Counted from the stretch's first letter, positions 1 to 10,067 are shown. The stretch: DNA of 60,327 bases from an uncultured Lachnospiraceae bacterium (GCA_964463325.1 CAYXBY010000002.1:1-60327); one strand, 5' to 3'. Numbers and translations are program-made. Notes: generated by a model from the letters alone, not told the origin.

Positions 1-1310
1 GCCCCTACGGCTACGCCATCTGGGAGAATATCCAGCACGATCTGGACGCGAGATTCAAGCGCCTGGGGCATGAGAATGTCTACATGCCCATGTTTATTCC
101 CGAGTCGCTACTGCAAAAGGAAAAGGATCACGTCGAGGGCTTCGCGCCCGAGTGCGCGGTGGTGACGGTCGGCGGTCAGACGACGCTGGCTGAGCGGCTG
201 ATAGTCCGTCCTACGTCGGAGACGCTGTTCTGCGAGCATTACAAAAATATAATTCATTCCTACCGCGACCTGCCCAAGCTGTACAACCAGTGGTGCAATG
301 TTGTGCGTTGGGAAAAGACCACGCGCCCCTTCCTGCGCACCTCGGAATTTTTGTGGCAGGAGGGTCACACCATGCACGAAACCGAGGAGGAGGCTCGCGA
401 GGAGACGCTGCGCATGCTCCAGTGCTATGAGGACTTTTACCGTGAGTCGCTGGCCATCCCGGCGGTCGTTGGCCGCAAGACCGAGAAGGAAAAGTTCGCC
501 GGCGCCATGGAGACCTACACCATCGAGCCCATGATGCACAACGGCGTTGCGCTTCAGGGCGGCACCTCGCACTATTTCGGTGACGGCTTCGCCCGCGCCT
601 TTGACATTACCTATACCGACCGTGAGAACAAGGTCAAGTACCCGCATCAGACCTCGTGGGGCGTGTCGACGCGCATGATCGGCGCCATCATCATGACGCA
701 CGGCGACGACAACGGCCTTATTCTGCCGCCCGCAGTTGCGCCCATACAGCTGGCGATCATTCCTATTGCGCAGCATAAGGAGGGCGTTCTTGAGGCCGCA
801 GGTGCGCTGCGTGACCGCCTCAAGGACAGCTTCCGCGTCAAGCTGGACGACAGCGATTATTCGACAGGCTGGAAGTTTGCGCAGTATGAGATGAAGGGTG
901 TTCCGCTGCGTCTTGAGCTGGGGCCGCGTGATATTGAGGCCAATTCCTGCGTGCTGGTCAGCCGCGTGACGCGCGAAAAGACGGTCGTTTCGTTGGATAA
1001 CATCGAGCAGGCTGTCACTGAGGCGCTGGCGCGGGTCCACGACGAGCTTTACGCACGTGCGCTTGACAATCTGCATGCCCGCACGCATGATGCTCACAGC
1101 TATGAGGAATTTTTGGACATTGCCGAGAAGCAGTCCGGCTTTATCCGCGCCATGTGGTGCGGCGACGAGGCCTGCGAGGACAAGCTCAAGGACGTCACCG
1201 GCGGCGTCAAGTCGCGTTGTATTCCCTTTGAGGAGGAGCATATCGGCGACACCTGCGTTTGCTGCGGCAAGCCGGCAAAGCATATGGTGGTCTGGGGCAG
1301 ACAGTATTGA
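1..1310 (+). CDS. proS: prolyl-tRNA synthetase, 5'-truncated at window edge
   Basis: Frame is open from base 3 ([33 protein letters not shown]...), so the ATG at 84 is internal. Class II aaRS core, with the Cys-rich C-terminus ...[18 protein letters not shown] typical of archaeal/eukaryote-like ProRS. Stop at 1308-1310. Confidence 0.93.
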   Translation, partial: PYGYAIWENIQHDLDARFKRLGHENVYMPMFIPESLLQKEKDHVEGFAPECAVVTVGGQTTLAERLIVRPTSETLFCEHYKNIIHSYRDLPKLYNQWCNVVRWEKTTRPFLRTSEFLWQEGHTMHETEEEAREETLRMLQCYEDFYRESLAIPAVVGRKTEKEKFAGAMETYTIEPMMHNGVALQGGTSHYFGDGFARAFDITYTDRENKVKYPHQTSWGVSTRMIGAIIMTHGDDNGLILPPAVAPIQLAIIPIAQHKEGVLEAAGALRDRLKDSFRVKLDDSDYSTGWKFAQYEMKGVPLRLELGPRDIEANSCVLVSRVTREKTVVSLDNIEQAVTEALARVHDELYARALDNLHARTHDAHSYEEFLDIAEKQSGFIRAMWCGDEACEDKLKDVTGGVKSRCIPFEEEHIGDTCVCCGKPAKHMVVWGRQY

Positions 1311-1316
1311 GAGAGG

Positions 1317-2489
1317 GTGAAGCGTGCAATGCTTCACCAATCCAAAAGGAGGTCGTCAGTGAGACGGATCCGTGATATAATACGCGAGCTTGTCGGTAAC
1401 ATCCGGCGCATGGATCTCGCGCTGCTGGCCGCCACTACGGCGCTGTCATTGGCCAGCGTCATGACGCTGGTAGGCGGATATTCGTCATTCGGCGCAAAAA
1501 GGATAGTCATGCAGCTGGGCGCGAGCGTCGTTGGCTTTGTGTTCATGCTGCTGATCGCGTCGGTGGACTACCGCGTGATCGCGCAAAAGCTTGGTCCATT
1601 CATTTACGGCGCGTCGCTGCTATTGCTGGCGGTCACGCTGATCTTCGGCACCAGCGAGGGCGAAAATAAAAGCTGGCTCTACCTGCCGCTCATCCCGTTC
1701 GGAATACAGCCGTCGGAATTCATCAAGGCGTCGCTGCTGCTGACGTTTTCGTACCACCTTTACCGCGTCCGCGAGCGGCTGGATCGACCTCTGGTGTTGC
1801 TCGGCCTGCTGGTGCACGCCGGGGGGTACATCGGACTTATATTGCTGTCGGGCGACCTCGGCGTTGCGCTGGTATATGTCGGCATCTGCGCCGTTATGCT
1901 GTTTTGCGCGGGACTGTCAATATGGTATTTTGTCGGCGGCGTCGGACTTGTCGGTTTAGCGGCGCCCGTCGGCTGGCGACTGCTGCGCGAGGATCAGCGG
2001 GCACGGATACTGGTCGGATTTAACCCGGACATCGACCCGCTCGGCAAGGGCTTTCAGCCCATCAAGAGCCGTTCGTCCATCGCAAACGGCGGCTTTTTGG
2101 GGCGCGGCATGTTTGGCGGAAGCGTCTACAAAACCTACGCGGCATCGCATACCGACTTCATTTTCGGCACTTTTTGCGAGAAATTCGGCATGATCGGGGC
2201 TTTTTTGGTGATCGGACTGCTGGTTTTCATCGTTCTGCGTGTGCTCAAGCTGGCGCGTGCCAGCCGTGGCGACTGCGGAACGTATATCTGCGCCGGCTTC
2301 ATCGGTATGATAGTGGTGCAGTCTGTCGAGAATATTGGGATGTGCCTTGGCATGCTGCCGGTCGTTGGTATAACGCTGCCGTATATGAGCTACGGCGGCT
2401 CGTCAGTGCTGGCGATATACATCATCACCGGCGTCGTGCAGAGCGTGGCGGTGCACCGAAACCGTTATCGTATAGCAGACAAATATTGA
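1317..2489 (+). CDS. SEDS-family cell-wall polymerase (FtsW/RodA/SpoVE)
   Basis: Polytopic membrane protein with family-typical stretches QPSEFIKASLLL, SHTDFIFG and GITLPYMSYGGSS. Track start 1317 is GTG; the first ATG is at 1329. Confidence 0.88.
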   Translation: MKRAMLHQSKRRSSVRRIRDIIRELVGNIRRMDLALLAATTALSLASVMTLVGGYSSFGAKRIVMQLGASVVGFVFMLLIASVDYRVIAQKLGPFIYGASLLLLAVTLIFGTSEGENKSWLYLPLIPFGIQPSEFIKASLLLTFSYHLYRVRERLDRPLVLLGLLVHAGGYIGLILLSGDLGVALVYVGICAVMLFCAGLSIWYFVGGVGLVGLAAPVGWRLLREDQRARILVGFNPDIDPLGKGFQPIKSRSSIANGGFLGRGMFGGSVYKTYAASHTDFIFGTFCEKFGMIGAFLVIGLLVFIVLRVLKLARASRGDCGTYICAGFIGMIVVQSVENIGMCLGMLPVVGITLPYMSYGGSSVLAIYIITGVVQSVAVHRNRYRIADKY

Positions 2490-2517
2490 TGTCACATTTA
2501 CATTTGTTGGAGATATT

Positions 2518-3267
2518 ATGATCACAGATTGCTATGACGGCGTCACCGAGCCTATGCTATCACTGAGGGATTTTTACGGCGAGCCGGGACATATGGTCGA
2601 CAGATGCCTCATCATTTTTTCGGATAAGATTCTTAAGCATCTGCTCGACAGCTTCCCCTGTGAGTGCATCGGTCGTATCGGTTCCTGCAATGGCTCACGC
2701 GAGATATACAAAATGAATTATAAGGGCACAGAGCTGGCGTTTTATATGACCATGATCGGCTCCGCGCTGGCGGGCTCGTTCTGTGAGGAGGCGGCCTGGA
2801 TAACCGGAGCGCGGCGGTTTGTCATGTTCGGCTCCTGTGGCAGCCTTGACGGCGAGACGACGCGTGGACGCTTCGTTGTGCCGACCGAGAGCTATCGCGG
2901 CGATGGCCTGTCCTATTATTACGCGCCGCCGGCCGATTATATCCGCATCAAAAACAGCGCCTTGGTGGCGCGTGTGCTGGGGCAGCTGGGCGCTCCCTTT
3001 GTCGAAGGGCGAGTCTGGACGACCGAGAGCATGGCGCGCGAGACGCGCGGTCTGGTCGCGCAGCGGCGCAGCGAAGGCTGCATCGCGGTCGAGATGGAGC
3101 TGGCTGGCGTGCAGGCGGTCTGTGACTTCAACGGCTTTGAGCTGTATGATTTTCTTGAGGCCGGCGACGTGCTGAGTGACAGCGGCTACGAGGTCGCGGG
3201 GCTGGCCGGCGCCAATCATGACCTGGCCAAGCTTTATCTCGCGCTCGAGCTGGCGCGGCAGATATAG
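2518..3267 (+). CDS. PNP/UDP-family nucleoside phosphorylase (uridine phosphorylase-like)
   Basis: 249 aa with FGSCGSL and VEMELAGV stretches typical of the PNP_UDP_1 fold. GGAG lies upstream of the ATG. Confidence 0.7.
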   Translation: MITDCYDGVTEPMLSLRDFYGEPGHMVDRCLIIFSDKILKHLLDSFPCECIGRIGSCNGSREIYKMNYKGTELAFYMTMIGSALAGSFCEEAAWITGARRFVMFGSCGSLDGETTRGRFVVPTESYRGDGLSYYYAPPADYIRIKNSALVARVLGQLGAPFVEGRVWTTESMARETRGLVAQRRSEGCIAVEMELAGVQAVCDFNGFELYDFLEAGDVLSDSGYEVAGLAGANHDLAKLYLALELARQI

Positions 3268-3303
3268 CTCGAGTATATTTTGCGTTTGTGCGGTAATAAA
3301 CCG

Positions 3304-3356
3304 CCTCCCCTGCGAATATATTGCACTGAAAGCGATATACGCAGGGGAGGTTTTCT
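3304..3356 (+). terminator. Strong hairpin plus T-run after the phosphorylase gene; the right arm contains the SD of the next gene
   Basis: CCTCCCCTGCG (3304-3314) pairs perfectly with CGCAGGGGAGG (3340-3350). Four further A-T pairs lie inside the loop, and TTTTCT (3351-3356) follows. Confidence 0.6.
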
Positions 3357-3360
3357 ACAT

Positions 3361-3864
3361 ATGTTTATTTATTCTGTGCGCGCGGGGACATTAAAATTTG
3401 TCGGCGTGGTATGCGTGGCGCTGGTGGCGCTGATAACGCTGCTGGCATTTATGCCGACCATCAGCGGGCTGGACAGCAGCGGCAGCGCCTGGAGCGCCGG
3501 TACGGCGGCATCGGGCAAGCAGAGCGTGCGCTATGACAAGGTCAAGGATGCTGAAGATGTAGCGCAGTTTCTGGCGCAGTTTGGCTGGGAGGTCAAGGCA
3601 CAGCCGCTTGAGGTGCAGGAGGTGACCATACCGTCCGAATTTGACCGCGTTTTTGCCAGCTACAACGAGCTGCAAAAGCAGCAGGGGCTGGATCTGACGC
3701 GCTACCGCCGCAAAAAGGCGACGCGCTACACCATGGAGGTCACGAATTACAGCGGCCACGAGGGCAGGGTGCTGGCAAATGTGATAGTTTACCGGAGCAG
3801 AGTGATCGGCGGGGACATCTGCTCGGCGGACATGACGGGGTTTATTCAGGGCTTTGACGATTAA
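3361..3864 (+). CDS. DUF4830-like membrane-anchored protein
   Basis: N-terminal TM segment (VGVVCVALVALITLLAF). The C-terminal part (FLAQFGWEV...IPSEFDRVFASYNELQKQQGLDL...) resembles DUF4830 as I recall it. Start set to ATG 3361 rather than track start 3280. Confidence 0.6.
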   Translation: MFIYSVRAGTLKFVGVVCVALVALITLLAFMPTISGLDSSGSAWSAGTAASGKQSVRYDKVKDAEDVAQFLAQFGWEVKAQPLEVQEVTIPSEFDRVFASYNELQKQQGLDLTRYRRKKATRYTMEVTNYSGHEGRVLANVIVYRSRVIGGDICSADMTGFIQGFDD

Positions 3865-3884
3865 GCTGCTGACATCAAAATAAT

Positions 3885-3910
3885 GCCGGGGGACACATGC
3901 GTCCCCCGGC
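3885..3910. terminator. Bidirectional intrinsic terminator between convergent genes
   Basis: GCCGGGGGAC (3885-3894), 6-nt loop, GTCCCCCGGC (3901-3910), a perfect 10-bp stem. The flank is T-rich on the minus-strand side (rc ATTATTTTGATG) and weaker on the plus side (TTGTGCTTT). Confidence 0.8.
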
Positions 3911-3917
3911 TTGTGCT

Positions 3918-5123
3918 TTACAGCTTTATTCTATCTTTGACTGCGGCGAGAAATTCCACCGTGTTGACCCTGCGCGCCTCGGTACCGGGCGTTACGAGAC
4001 CGACCAAGTCGCCGGTCATGGTGCCACCCTCAATGGTGTCGAGCACGGCACGCTCGAGAACGTCAGCGTAGTGACACAGCTCCGGCAGGTCGTCCAGCTC
4101 GCCGCGCTTTCGCAGAGCGCCGCTCCAGGCGAAAATGGTGGCCGTGGGGTTGGAGGAGGGCTGCTCGCCCTTGAGATAACGGTAATAATGCCGCGTGATG
4201 GTGCCGTGTGCGGCCTCATATTCAAAGTTTCCGTCCGGTGAGACCAGCACCGAGGTCATCATGGCGAGCGAGCCAAAGGCGGTTGATACCATGTCGCTCA
4301 TGACGTCGCCGTCATAATTCTTGAGTGCCCAAATGAAGCCGCCGCGCGAACGAATAACACGTGCTACGGCGTCGTCGATCAGCGTGTAAAAATATGTGAT
4401 GCCAAGCTGCTCAAAGGTTTCGCAATATTCGTTTTGATATAACTCTTCAAATATCAGCTTGAAGGTCTGATCGTACTTTTTGGAGATGGTGTCCTTGGTT
4501 GAGAACCACAGATCCTGCCGTGTGGCAATGGCGTATTTAAAGCAGGAGTGCGCGAATGCACGGATGGAATCATCCTTGTTGTACATGCCCTGCAGCACGC
4601 CGGCACCGTCAAAATCAAATATTGGCAGGCGGGTGACGCTGCCGTCCTTGGCGGTTACCACCAGCTCAGCGCTGCCGCCCTCGGTCAGACGCAGCTCACC
4701 GGCGCGGTAGACGTCGCCATAGGCGTGCCGCGCGATGGTGATGGGCGCCTCCCAGGTCTTGACCACCGGCTTTATGTTGCTGACTGTGATGGGGGCACGA
4801 AAAACAGTGCCATCCAGCACGGCGCGGATGGTGGCGTTGGGGCTTTTCCACATTTCGTGCAGCCCATATTCCTCGACGCGCTGCGCGTTGGGTGTGATGG
4901 TCGCGCATTTGACTGCCACACCGTATTTTTTGGCTGCATTTGCCGAGTCGACCGTGACCTGATCCGACGTCGCGTCACGATTGGGCAGTGAAAGGTCGTA
5001 ATATTCTGTTTTGAGGTCGACGAATGGCAATATCAGCTCGTCCTTTATCTGCTGCCAGATGATGCGGGTCATTTCGTCGCCGTCCATTTCGACCAGCGGC
5101 GTTTTCATTTGAATTTTGCTCAT
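3918..5123 (-). CDS. icd: NADP-dependent isocitrate dehydrogenase (dimeric, eukaryote-like subfamily)
   Basis: MSKIQMKTPLVEMDGDEMTRIIWQQIKDELILPFVDLKTEYYDLSL... is typical of ~400-aa NADP-IDH. Start set to ATG 5123, whose ATGA overlaps the aconitase stop; track start 5165 would overlap the upstream gene. Confidence 0.93.
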   Translation of the reverse strand: MSKIQMKTPLVEMDGDEMTRIIWQQIKDELILPFVDLKTEYYDLSLPNRDATSDQVTVDSANAAKKYGVAVKCATITPNAQRVEEYGLHEMWKSPNATIRAVLDGTVFRAPITVSNIKPVVKTWEAPITIARHAYGDVYRAGELRLTEGGSAELVVTAKDGSVTRLPIFDFDGAGVLQGMYNKDDSIRAFAHSCFKYAIATRQDLWFSTKDTISKKYDQTFKLIFEELYQNEYCETFEQLGITYFYTLIDDAVARVIRSRGGFIWALKNYDGDVMSDMVSTAFGSLAMMTSVLVSPDGNFEYEAAHGTITRHYYRYLKGEQPSSNPTATIFAWSGALRKRGELDDLPELCHYADVLERAVLDTIEGGTMTGDLVGLVTPGTEARRVNTVEFLAAVKDRIKL

Positions 5124-7369
5124 TGTACTGTCTCCATTGCTTTTTTGCAGTGATTCATGAGGCATCCGTCAAGGACTATCTGCCGTTCCTCATCGGTGAG
5201 GCCGTTTATGTGCAGCGTCAGCGGCGCGGATGTGCCGTCTGAACGTAGCAGCACTGCCTCAAAGCGCTGCTCGCCCGCAGCCAGCAGACGGCGCACATCT
5301 GGGACAAAGACATAGTCGCCGACCTCGCCCTCAAAGGCTGTATTTTCGTCCAGTGTGAAGGGAAGTATGCCCCAGTTGATGCAGTTGGAGCGATAGCGCT
5401 TGGTTGCGAAGGCATGACAGATGTTGGCCAGGCCGCCCAGCACCTTTTGGCAGGACGCTGCCTGCTCACGCGCGGAGCCGTCGCCGGGCGAGTTGGCGTA
5501 GACGCAGGAGCCGGTCTGCGTGATGGGCAGCAGCAGGTCTGCGTCGCCGACGCGGCTTAGCAGCTGACGCAGCTGCTCGGGAGCGTCGCCGGCACGGCGT
5601 GCGGCCTCGAGCGCCTGAGCCGCCTCAGCGCGGCCGACGTATTCAGGTACACGGCGCGACAGCGTCAGCTTGGACAGACGGATGGGGTTGGAGCGGTAGG
5701 AGGACGACTCTCCCGAGGGAATGAGCTCGTCCGTAGTAGTGACGGGATCGTGAATGACGGCCGCCAGCTCGACCAACAGGTGCTCACCCAGCTCCTGCTG
5801 CTCCGGCCAGTCGGTGATATTGGGGCCGAGAATCAGCTCGGTCTCGGGCTCAGCGTGGCCAAAGCCGTAATAGACGCGGCGCTCGTAGGGGGAGCGGTCG
5901 AAATGGTAGGTGTGGTGCGGGATATCGTAATCTATGTCGGTGGCGGGCGTGATGGCGCCGCCCATGAGAGCGGTGGCGGCGATGCTGCGCGCGTCCATGA
6001 GCGCGACGCCGGCCAGCTGTCCCTCGCCAGGCTTGGATCCCTCGCGGTTAGGGAAATTGCGGGTGGTGTGTCGGATGGACAGGCCATTGTTGGCAGGCAC
6101 GTCGCCGGCGCCGAAGCAGGGGCCGCAGAAGGAGGGCTTTATGACCGCTCCAGCCTCGAGCAGCTGTGAGGTAACGCCGATCCGTGTCAGCTCAAGCGAT
6201 ACCGGTACGCTGGTGGGGTAGACGGACAGCGAAAACGCGCCGTTGGAGGTGCCGCCGCAGCTGAGTATGGCCGCCGCCTCATCGATACTGTCGAACATGC
6301 CGCCGGCGCAGCCTGCGATAATGCCCTGATCGGCGTACACACGACCGCCGCGCAGCTTGGAGCGCAGCTCGAGGTGATGCCCCGGGAACAGCTCCGCCGC
6401 CTTTTTCTCAACACCGGCCAAAATATCGTCGGCGTTTTGTGTGAATTCGCGGATAGTGTAGGCGTTGGAGGGGTGGAAGGGAAGCGCTATCATGGGCTCA
6501 AGCGCGGACAGGTCGAGCTCTATCCAGCGGTCGTAATAGGCGACGTCGGCGGGCTTTAGCTCATGGTACGCCTCGGGACGGCCATGAATGGCATAATAAT
6601 CCTTTATAGTGGTGTCTGTCTGCCAGATGGAGGACAGGCACTTGGTCTCGGTGGTCATGACGTCGATGCCGTTGCGGAAATCCGCTGGCAGATGCTCAAG
6701 CCCGGGGCCGGTGAACTCCAGCACGCGGTTTTTGACAAAGTCCGATTCAAACACTGCCTTGACCAGCGCGATAGCGGCATCGTGCGGGCCGACGCCGCGC
6801 CGCGGCTTGCCGGTGAGGTATACCAGCACCACCTCGGGGTAGCTTATGTCATAGGTCGAGCGCAGCAGCTGCTTGACCAGCTCAGGGCCTCCCTCGCCGA
6901 CGCCCATGGTGCCCAGCGCGCCGTAGCGCGTATGCGAGTCGGAGCCGAGGATCATTTTGCCACAGCCGGTCAGCTCCTCGCGGGCGTAGGAATGTATGAC
7001 GCTTTGGTTGGCGGGGACGTATATTCCGCCGTATTTGTGCGCGGCGGACAGGCCGAATACGTGGTCATCCTCATTTATCGTGCCACCGACGGCGCAGAGC
7101 GAATTGTGGCAGTTAGTCAGCGCGTAGGGCAGTGGAAATTCCTTCATGCCGGAGGCGCGAGCGGTCTGGATTATGCCGACATAGGTGATGTCGTGCGATA
7201 CCATGGCATCAAAGCTGATGCGCAGTGTATCGGGCTCGGCTGAGCGGTTGTGTGACTGAAGCACGGAGTAGGCGATGGTGCCGCATTTGGCCTCATCGAC
7301 GGGGACGGCGCAGTCGGAGACGGGGATGCCGCGAACCAAATATGTGCCGTTTGGGTGCAGAGTTATCAT
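5120..7369 (-). CDS. aconitate hydratase (aconitase family, ~750-aa form)
   Basis: Aconitase signatures GSDSHT, CGPCFG and TRNFPNREG are present. 749 aa. Confidence 0.88.
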   Translation of the reverse strand: MITLHPNGTYLVRGIPVSDCAVPVDEAKCGTIAYSVLQSHNRSAEPDTLRISFDAMVSHDITYVGIIQTARASGMKEFPLPYALTNCHNSLCAVGGTINEDDHVFGLSAAHKYGGIYVPANQSVIHSYAREELTGCGKMILGSDSHTRYGALGTMGVGEGGPELVKQLLRSTYDISYPEVVLVYLTGKPRRGVGPHDAAIALVKAVFESDFVKNRVLEFTGPGLEHLPADFRNGIDVMTTETKCLSSIWQTDTTIKDYYAIHGRPEAYHELKPADVAYYDRWIELDLSALEPMIALPFHPSNAYTIREFTQNADDILAGVEKKAAELFPGHHLELRSKLRGGRVYADQGIIAGCAGGMFDSIDEAAAILSCGGTSNGAFSLSVYPTSVPVSLELTRIGVTSQLLEAGAVIKPSFCGPCFGAGDVPANNGLSIRHTTRNFPNREGSKPGEGQLAGVALMDARSIAATALMGGAITPATDIDYDIPHHTYHFDRSPYERRVYYGFGHAEPETELILGPNITDWPEQQELGEHLLVELAAVIHDPVTTTDELIPSGESSSYRSNPIRLSKLTLSRRVPEYVGRAEAAQALEAARRAGDAPEQLRQLLSRVGDADLLLPITQTGSCVYANSPGDGSAREQAASCQKVLGGLANICHAFATKRYRSNCINWGILPFTLDENTAFEGEVGDYVFVPDVRRLLAAGEQRFEAVLLRSDGTSAPLTLHINGLTDEERQIVLDGCLMNHCKKAMETVQ

Positions 7370-7433
7370 TATTTTTGTCCTTTCAGGGGAATACTTTTTT
7401 GGGAGAAGCGTGGGTGTTGGGCAACTCTTTAAT

Positions 7434-7462
7434 ATTTTAGCATGTTAGCAGATGAAAGTCAA
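7434..7462 (-). promoter_or_regulatory. sigma-70-type promoter for aconitase-icd
   Basis: On the minus strand: TTGACT, 17 nt, TAAAAT, with a TGc extended -10. About 65 nt upstream of ATG 7369. Confidence 0.55.
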
Positions 7463-7505
7463 TATCCAAAAACCATTTTTGCGCGTGATAACCCATGCTT
7501 TTTTA

Positions 7506-7534
7506 TTGACAAATGCGCAGCTTGATGCTATAAT
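7506..7534 (+). promoter_or_regulatory. consensus sigma-70-type promoter for the 7633 operon
   Basis: TTGACA (7506-7511), 17 nt, TATAAT (7529-7534). Implies a leader of about 90 nt. Confidence 0.6.
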
Positions 7535-7632
7535 TAAGTTGAGTATTTCTGCTCTGCGCCCCGGCGTGTGCGGATATGTGCTCAGGGCGCCTCGGTGCCC
7601 CCAAAAGCTGTAGAATGTGTTTGGAGCAGTCC

Positions 7633-8541
7633 ATGAAAAGATATACACTTGAATATAAAATGTCAGCGCTGCTGCTTTTTCTGGAGGCGTGCTTAGCGAT
7701 AGTGCTGACGGCGGCATTTTTGATAATCCCGCCGGCCGAGGCAGCGCTTCCGACAGTGTCCGACACCACGCCGCCCGAGATCATTGGAGCGGGGGACATG
7801 CTGATATACGTCGGCGAGTCGCCGGCCTATCGAAAGGGAATCACGCTGTCGGATGACAGCGGTGCGGATGGTGTTGAGCTGACAGTAGACAGCTCGCGCG
7901 TTGACCTCGCGACGCCGGGACGCTATCCCGTTACCTACACTGCGACCGATCGCGCCGGCAACAGCTCGAGCGTGACAGTCTATTTGACAGTCGAGGTGTA
8001 TTTCCCCGAGGAGGAGCAGCTGAATGCCGCGCTGGATCGCGTCATCGCCTCGATAATCACCGACGGCATGACGACCGAGCAAAAGGTGCGCAGTATTTAC
8101 AGTTATGTGCAGAACCACATCGCCTTTGTCAACACCTCGGACAAGTCGAGCTGGAAGGCGGAGGCTTATCGCGCACTGTTCGTGACGAAAACGGGCGACT
8201 GCTTTAGCTATTTTGCCGCCTCCAAGGCGTTTTTTGAGCGCCTCGGTATTGAAAATCGTGATATTCAGCGTCCGGCCGCGCTTGCCGAGCAGATGCAGCA
8301 GACGCATTACTGGAGCATGGTCAACATCAGCTCAGATACCGCCGCGCCGCAGTGGTATCACTACGATTCCTGCCGCCTGCGCGCCGAATATAACCACAGC
8401 GGCTGTCTTTTGACGGAGCGCCAGATAAACGCCTACAACAAGGTTCGCGAAAATTTCTACGCCTATGATCGCGCCGGCTACCCGACGGTAAGCACTACCA
8501 TCATAACGCCGACGCCCGAGCTTGAGGCGTACTACGACTGA
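7633..8541 (+). CDS. exported/membrane-anchored protein with Ig-like (DUF5011-like) and transglutaminase-like cysteine protease domains
   Basis: N-terminal hydrophobic anchor or signal (ALLLFLEACLAIVLTAAFLIIPPAEA). Ig-like segment PPEIIG...YTATDRAGNSSSVTVYLTV. Papain-like triad context GDCFSY / HYWSMV / YHYDS. GGAG lies 6 nt before ATG 7633 (track start 7576). Confidence 0.7.
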   Translation: MKRYTLEYKMSALLLFLEACLAIVLTAAFLIIPPAEAALPTVSDTTPPEIIGAGDMLIYVGESPAYRKGITLSDDSGADGVELTVDSSRVDLATPGRYPVTYTATDRAGNSSSVTVYLTVEVYFPEEEQLNAALDRVIASIITDGMTTEQKVRSIYSYVQNHIAFVNTSDKSSWKAEAYRALFVTKTGDCFSYFAASKAFFERLGIENRDIQRPAALAEQMQQTHYWSMVNISSDTAAPQWYHYDSCRLRAEYNHSGCLLTERQINAYNKVRENFYAYDRAGYPTVSTTIITPTPELEAYYD

Positions 8542-8552
8542 GAGGGAGCACA

Positions 8553-10052
8553 ATGATAACAAATATTCTTGAATATCTCGAGCGTACAGTCACCGAGGTG
8601 CCGGACAAGATTGCTTTCTCGGATGGCACGGACAGTCTCAGCTTCGCCGAGCTTTACTCGGCGGCGCGGCGCGGTGGCAGCCGACTTATTGAGGCAGGGC
8701 TGTCACGCGAGCCGGTGCTGGTTATCATGGACAAGCACCCGCATGAGCTGGCGGCATTTCTTGCTGTGATATATGCGGGCTGCTTTTATGTGCCGATCGA
8801 CGCTGAAATGCCGCCGCTCCGCATGACTGCCATCGCCGAGACGACACGAGCAAGAGCCGTCATATGTGACGAGCGCAACCGCGCAACGGCCGAGAGCCTG
8901 CCGGCTGAGATTGTGATCACATGCAAAGAATTAGTTTCGCACGATGTCAGCGAAATAGCTTTACGTGATGTCAGAGAGCAACAGTTGGACACTGACCCGA
9001 TATATATCGTCTTCACCTCAGGCTCGACCGGCGTGCCCAAGGGCGTGCTGGCCTGCCACCGCTCGGTGATCGATTACACCGAGAATCTGTCAGTTGCGCT
9101 GGGCTTTGACCGCGACAGCGTATTTGGTAACCAGACGCCGCTGTATTTTGACGCACCGCTCAAGGAGATAATGCCGACGCTGCGCAGCGGCGCGACGACC
9201 TACCTCATCCCGCGCCGACTGTTTATGTCCCCGGTGCGGTTGGTCGAATATCTCAACGAGCACCACATAAATACCGTGTGCTGGGTGGTGTCGGCGCTGA
9301 CGGTGATATCCTCGCTGGGCGCGCTGGATAAGGTCAAGCCGCAGTATCTGCGGACGGTGGCCTTCGGTAGCGAGGTATTCCCCAAAAAGCAGTATAATAT
9401 CTGGCGCCGGGCGCTTCCGGATGCCGTCTTTTATAATCTCTACGGTCCGACAGAGGCCACCGGCATGTCATGCTGGTGGAGAGCTGACCGTGAGCTGGGC
9501 GAGGACGAGCCCATCCCGGTGGGGCGTCCCTTCCGCAACACGCGCATCTACCTGCTCGATGACAACGGCCGCGCCGTTTCGCCGGGTGAGCCGGGCGAGA
9601 TATACATCGGCGGCACCTGCGTGACGATGGGCTATTATGCCAATCCTGAAAAGACAGAGCAGGCCTTCGTACAAAACCCGCTGGTCAGCGCATATCGCGA
9701 TACGGTGTATAAGACCGGCGACATTGGGCGGTATAATGAATATGGCGAGCTGGTGTTCGTTTCGCGCAAGGACTATCAGATAAAGCACATGGGGCACCGC
9801 ATCGAGCTCGGCGAGATAGAAGCCGCAGCCGACAGACTGGACGGCGTCGCGCGCGCCTGCTGCCTGTATGATGCCGAGCGGCGTCGCATACGCCTGTTTT
9901 ACGTTGGCGAGGCGAACGAGGCGCAGCTTGCGGCATATCTGCGTGATTATCTGCCGCGCTACATGCTGCCGAGTGAGCTGAAAAGGCTTGAAAGTCTGCC
10001 GCTGACAGCCAACGGCAAGCTGAATCGCCGCGCACTTGAAGAGAATTATTAA
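8553..10052 (+). CDS. amino-acid adenylation enzyme, DltA-like (D-alanine--carrier protein ligase family)
   Basis: AMP-binding motifs IVFTSGSTGVPKGV and YKTGDIGRY. ~500 aa stand-alone A domain placed directly before a carrier-protein gene. Confidence 0.8.
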   Translation: MITNILEYLERTVTEVPDKIAFSDGTDSLSFAELYSAARRGGSRLIEAGLSREPVLVIMDKHPHELAAFLAVIYAGCFYVPIDAEMPPLRMTAIAETTRARAVICDERNRATAESLPAEIVITCKELVSHDVSEIALRDVREQQLDTDPIYIVFTSGSTGVPKGVLACHRSVIDYTENLSVALGFDRDSVFGNQTPLYFDAPLKEIMPTLRSGATTYLIPRRLFMSPVRLVEYLNEHHINTVCWVVSALTVISSLGALDKVKPQYLRTVAFGSEVFPKKQYNIWRRALPDAVFYNLYGPTEATGMSCWWRADRELGEDEPIPVGRPFRNTRIYLLDDNGRAVSPGEPGEIYIGGTCVTMGYYANPEKTEQAFVQNPLVSAYRDTVYKTGDIGRYNEYGELVFVSRKDYQIKHMGHRIELGEIEAAADRLDGVARACCLYDAERRRIRLFYVGEANEAQLAAYLRDYLPRYMLPSELKRLESLPLTANGKLNRRALEENY

Positions 10053-10067
10053 GAGAGGATAATTACC

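Noticed and set aside
5124-5165. Longer icd start (MPHESLQKSNGDST...).
   Set aside because: It would overlap the aconitase 3' end by 46 nt. The conserved IDH N-terminus begins at MSKIQMKTP, with ATGA stop-start coupling.
7445-7799. Short ORFs (90 and 98 aa, minus strand) in the aconitase/7633 divergent promoter region.
   Set aside because: They overlap two well-formed divergent promoters and the 5' end of the transglutaminase-like gene. They have no RBS and hydrophobic or low-complexity translations.
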